Below, one piece after another: positions 61,964 to 64,000 of a DNA stretch of 64,000 nucleotides (its first letter is position 1; the number at the start of each line of letters is the position of its first letter). The position numbers and the translations under genes were made by a program. The stretch is from Bdellovibrionales bacterium. GTDB lineage: Bacteria > Bdellovibrionota > Bdellovibrionia > Bdellovibrionales > JAUICD01. Below the pieces are notes generated by a model, which worked only from the letters and a program-made list of their open reading frames with translations, ran no database searches and had not been told where the DNA came from. The stretch lies in the NCBI GenBank assembly GCA_965203275.1, contig OZ241865.1:32001-96000 (forward strand), read 5' to 3'.

Positions 61964-62590
61964 TTATTTTTTGAGTTGGGCTTTAAAGATTTTTTTGATG
62001 TATTCATTAGGGCGACTGCCAATTCTGTTACCCCATCGATTCACTTCATACAAAGCCACTTGGGGGAAAAGACTATAAAGCTCTGCTCTTTTTAAAACAT
62101 CCTTCCCGCTCGATTTACCAGTCTCAATACGATGAATAGCAGCAGGGGAAAAATCAAATACCTTTGCAAAATCTCTAATAGAAAGTTTTAAATTTTGACG
62201 AAACATCTTCAAATCTTTTCTTGTAAATTTATAGTCATACACAGGAGTAAATACAAATGAAGAAGGTCCTTTTTGTCCAATGGTTGAAAGCAATACAAAA
62301 GGGTCTTTTTCATCTGGTGAAATGCCTGTCATTTCACAATATTCTTCATAAGCAGGATTTTGCTTTGAAGGTATACGATCTGCAAATGATACAAATAATT
62401 CCTGAGATTGATAAGTCTTTTGACTACAAGGAAACTCAGGTCCTAATGCAACAGCTTTTTTATCATAAAGATATTTTTGATCATAGTTAAAGATAAACTG
62501 ATCTTTTTTACGCGATAGCTGGCCTACATATTGTCTTGAAGTATACTTTTCAAGATAAACATCTATAGCAATGACTTTAAAATTTTTCAC
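61964..62590 (-). CDS. HipA N-terminal (HipS-like) domain fused to XRE-type HTH; putative antitoxin
   Basis: VGQL....FIFNYD..Y...LF..F.DRIP pattern; C-terminal LKMFRQNLKLSIRDFA......IHRIETGK. Confidence 0.7.
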   Translation of the reverse strand: MKNFKVIAIDVYLEKYTSRQYVGQLSRKKDQFIFNYDQKYLYDKKAVALGPEFPCSQKTYQSQELFVSFADRIPSKQNPAYEEYCEMTGISPDEKDPFVLLSTIGQKGPSSFVFTPVYDYKFTRKDLKMFRQNLKLSIRDFAKVFDFSPAAIHRIETGKSSGKDVLKRAELYSLFPQVALYEVNRWGNRIGSRPNEYIKKIFKAQLKK

Positions 62591-63485
62591 AATCCTTGAT
62601 CCTTTTTTTTAAAAAAGTCCAAAATGCCTTTTTTCTTTTTATGGATATATAAGATTTACTTATTTCTTTCTTGATGCAGTCCATTTGGGTTAATAATTTA
62701 TTTTTAAATTGCATACATACTTTTTCAAATCCCAATCTATGAAATTCTTCTATATAATCTAAAAGTTTAGGCTCTTTTGAAGAAGTTGTCCAAATAGAAC
62801 AACTAGGATTCAAATCAGCACCCAACATATCTTCTGTCTCTACTCCAAAATAAGAAGGATTGTCATACATAGGAGCTAGTTGCTTTCTATTCCTCATAGT
62901 TATAATGCCTAAGTTTCTGCCATGCCTGTCGTTATTTCCTATGAATGCATCAAATAAACAAATTTTTATAAACTGCACAACATCGGCTAAATGTCCTGTT
63001 TCTTTTTTAATAACTTGAATTAACTCAGAACAATTATGATATTCCTCTCCCTTAGGTAAAAATTTATAAATATGATCTAATGTGGATTTTTGATAATCCT
63101 GCATAAAATTATAGGTAACAAATGTCGGTCGACGTTTTAAAATTATAAGATAATGTTTAGGCACTTCTAAGGATAGTAATTTTGCAATACGATTACAGGT
63201 GTATTCCATACCTGGCAAATCAAGATATTTTTTTTCTTGAACTTTTAAAATATAATCTACCTTATTTAATTGTGCAGAGTATTTTAAATATCTGCCATGA
63301 TAAAAAGTGTCTGTTTTTTTTTTAACTTTCCATTGATCAGAGGATGTTCCTATTCTTTTAGAATCCAAATCCTTAAACCTATAAACCTGAGGTAAATCAA
63401 ACCATTTTAGAAAACATGATTCATGTAATCCATAACAAACAGGGAATGTTAAAGGCTTTCTGCACTTGATACATTTTTTTTTCAT
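62577..63485 (-). CDS. HipA-like kinase (C-terminal domain only) with N-terminal CxxC...HxxC
   Basis: G.Y.K glycine-rich region, YILK, E..C..IA, IGNNDRHGRN catalytic loop, LAPMYD. Confidence 0.82.
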   Translation of the reverse strand: MKKKCIKCRKPLTFPVCYGLHESCFLKWFDLPQVYRFKDLDSKRIGTSSDQWKVKKKTDTFYHGRYLKYSAQLNKVDYILKVQEKKYLDLPGMEYTCNRIAKLLSLEVPKHYLIILKRRPTFVTYNFMQDYQKSTLDHIYKFLPKGEEYHNCSELIQVIKKETGHLADVVQFIKICLFDAFIGNNDRHGRNLGIITMRNRKQLAPMYDNPSYFGVETEDMLGADLNPSCSIWTTSSKEPKLLDYIEEFHRLGFEKVCMQFKNKLLTQMDCIKKEISKSYISIKRKKAFWTFLKKRIKDCEKF

Positions 63486-63526
63486 TTTGAAAATATCCTT
63501 TATTTATTGTTTATGATAAAATAATT

Positions 63527-63653
63527 TTGTATGCAATATATTACTAAAAAATTTTGTACTTTATTGAGTACTTATTTTTATTGTATGCAATATACTACTA
63601 AAAAATTTTGTACTTTATTGAGTACTTATTTTTATTGTATGCAATGTACTACT
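63527..63653. repeat. 54-bp direct repeat (2.3 copies) upstream of the hipA-like operon
   Basis: ttgtatgcaa at 63527, 63581, 63635. Confidence 0.9.
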
Positions 63654-63882
63654 TAATGTACCATAAATATCAGATGAAAATCAAGAGGGCCTATAATTAT
63701 TTTTTAAATATCGCTTAAGATATATGATAGAAGGTAAAAGTGTAAAATAGAGATAATCTTTTTTTAATTTACAATATTTTATAGGAAATCTAACACTAGA
63801 CACATTTTCATTCTCTAGTTATTCTATTCTTTTGAATACACTGTTATCGTTTACAAAGAAATAAAATTTCAAGGAAGTTTTT

Positions 63883-64000
63883 ATGTGTGGTCTTTTTGTA
63901 GATACAGGTTCTACTCTACCAAAAGAAACATTGCTACATGCATTTGACAAGATTGCTCATCGTGGTCCTGACTCCACTGTGATCAGATGTATTCAATCGT
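63883..64000 (+). CDS. asnB: Asparagine synthase-like Ntn amidotransferase, 5' part
   Basis: MCGLFVD...AFDKIAHRGPDS; AAGGAAG RBS; runs off window end. Confidence 0.75.
   Translation, partial: MCGLFVDTGSTLPKETLLHAFDKIAHRGPDSTVIRCIQS

Overview
AT-rich bacterial chromosome segment, most likely Bdellovibrionota (inferred from an FQNC lipobox-type N-terminus, HExxHxxGxxDEY secreted protease, RCC1 lipoproteins and the smc neighbourhood). Housekeeping genes (gyrA, purQ/purL, pcnB, pyrG, mnmH/selD, smc, sufC/sufD, coaE, guaA, tsaB, rluD-like, asnB-like start) are interleaved with secreted repeat proteins (Cys-rich repeat/VWA lipoprotein missed by the ORF track, ankyrins, two RCC1 lipoproteins), a predicted sphingolipid pair (SPT and a bCerS-like GNAT), a truncated IS1634, a disrupted Rpn gene and a kinase-first HipA-like module. 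The most striking feature is non-coding: about 15 intergenic clusters (roughly 9 kb, ~14% of the window, estimated by eye) built from about 40 copies of a ~150-bp multi-stem element. Its stems occur as many sequence alleles that keep base-pairing, it has GNNA apical loops and one sharp terminus (AGTGAAA), it inserts into itself (one case with an apparent 4-bp target duplication) and into an rpn gene, and it travels with GGGATCC heptamer arrays and a second ~230-246-bp repeat family. No mobilising enzyme for it is recognisable in the window.
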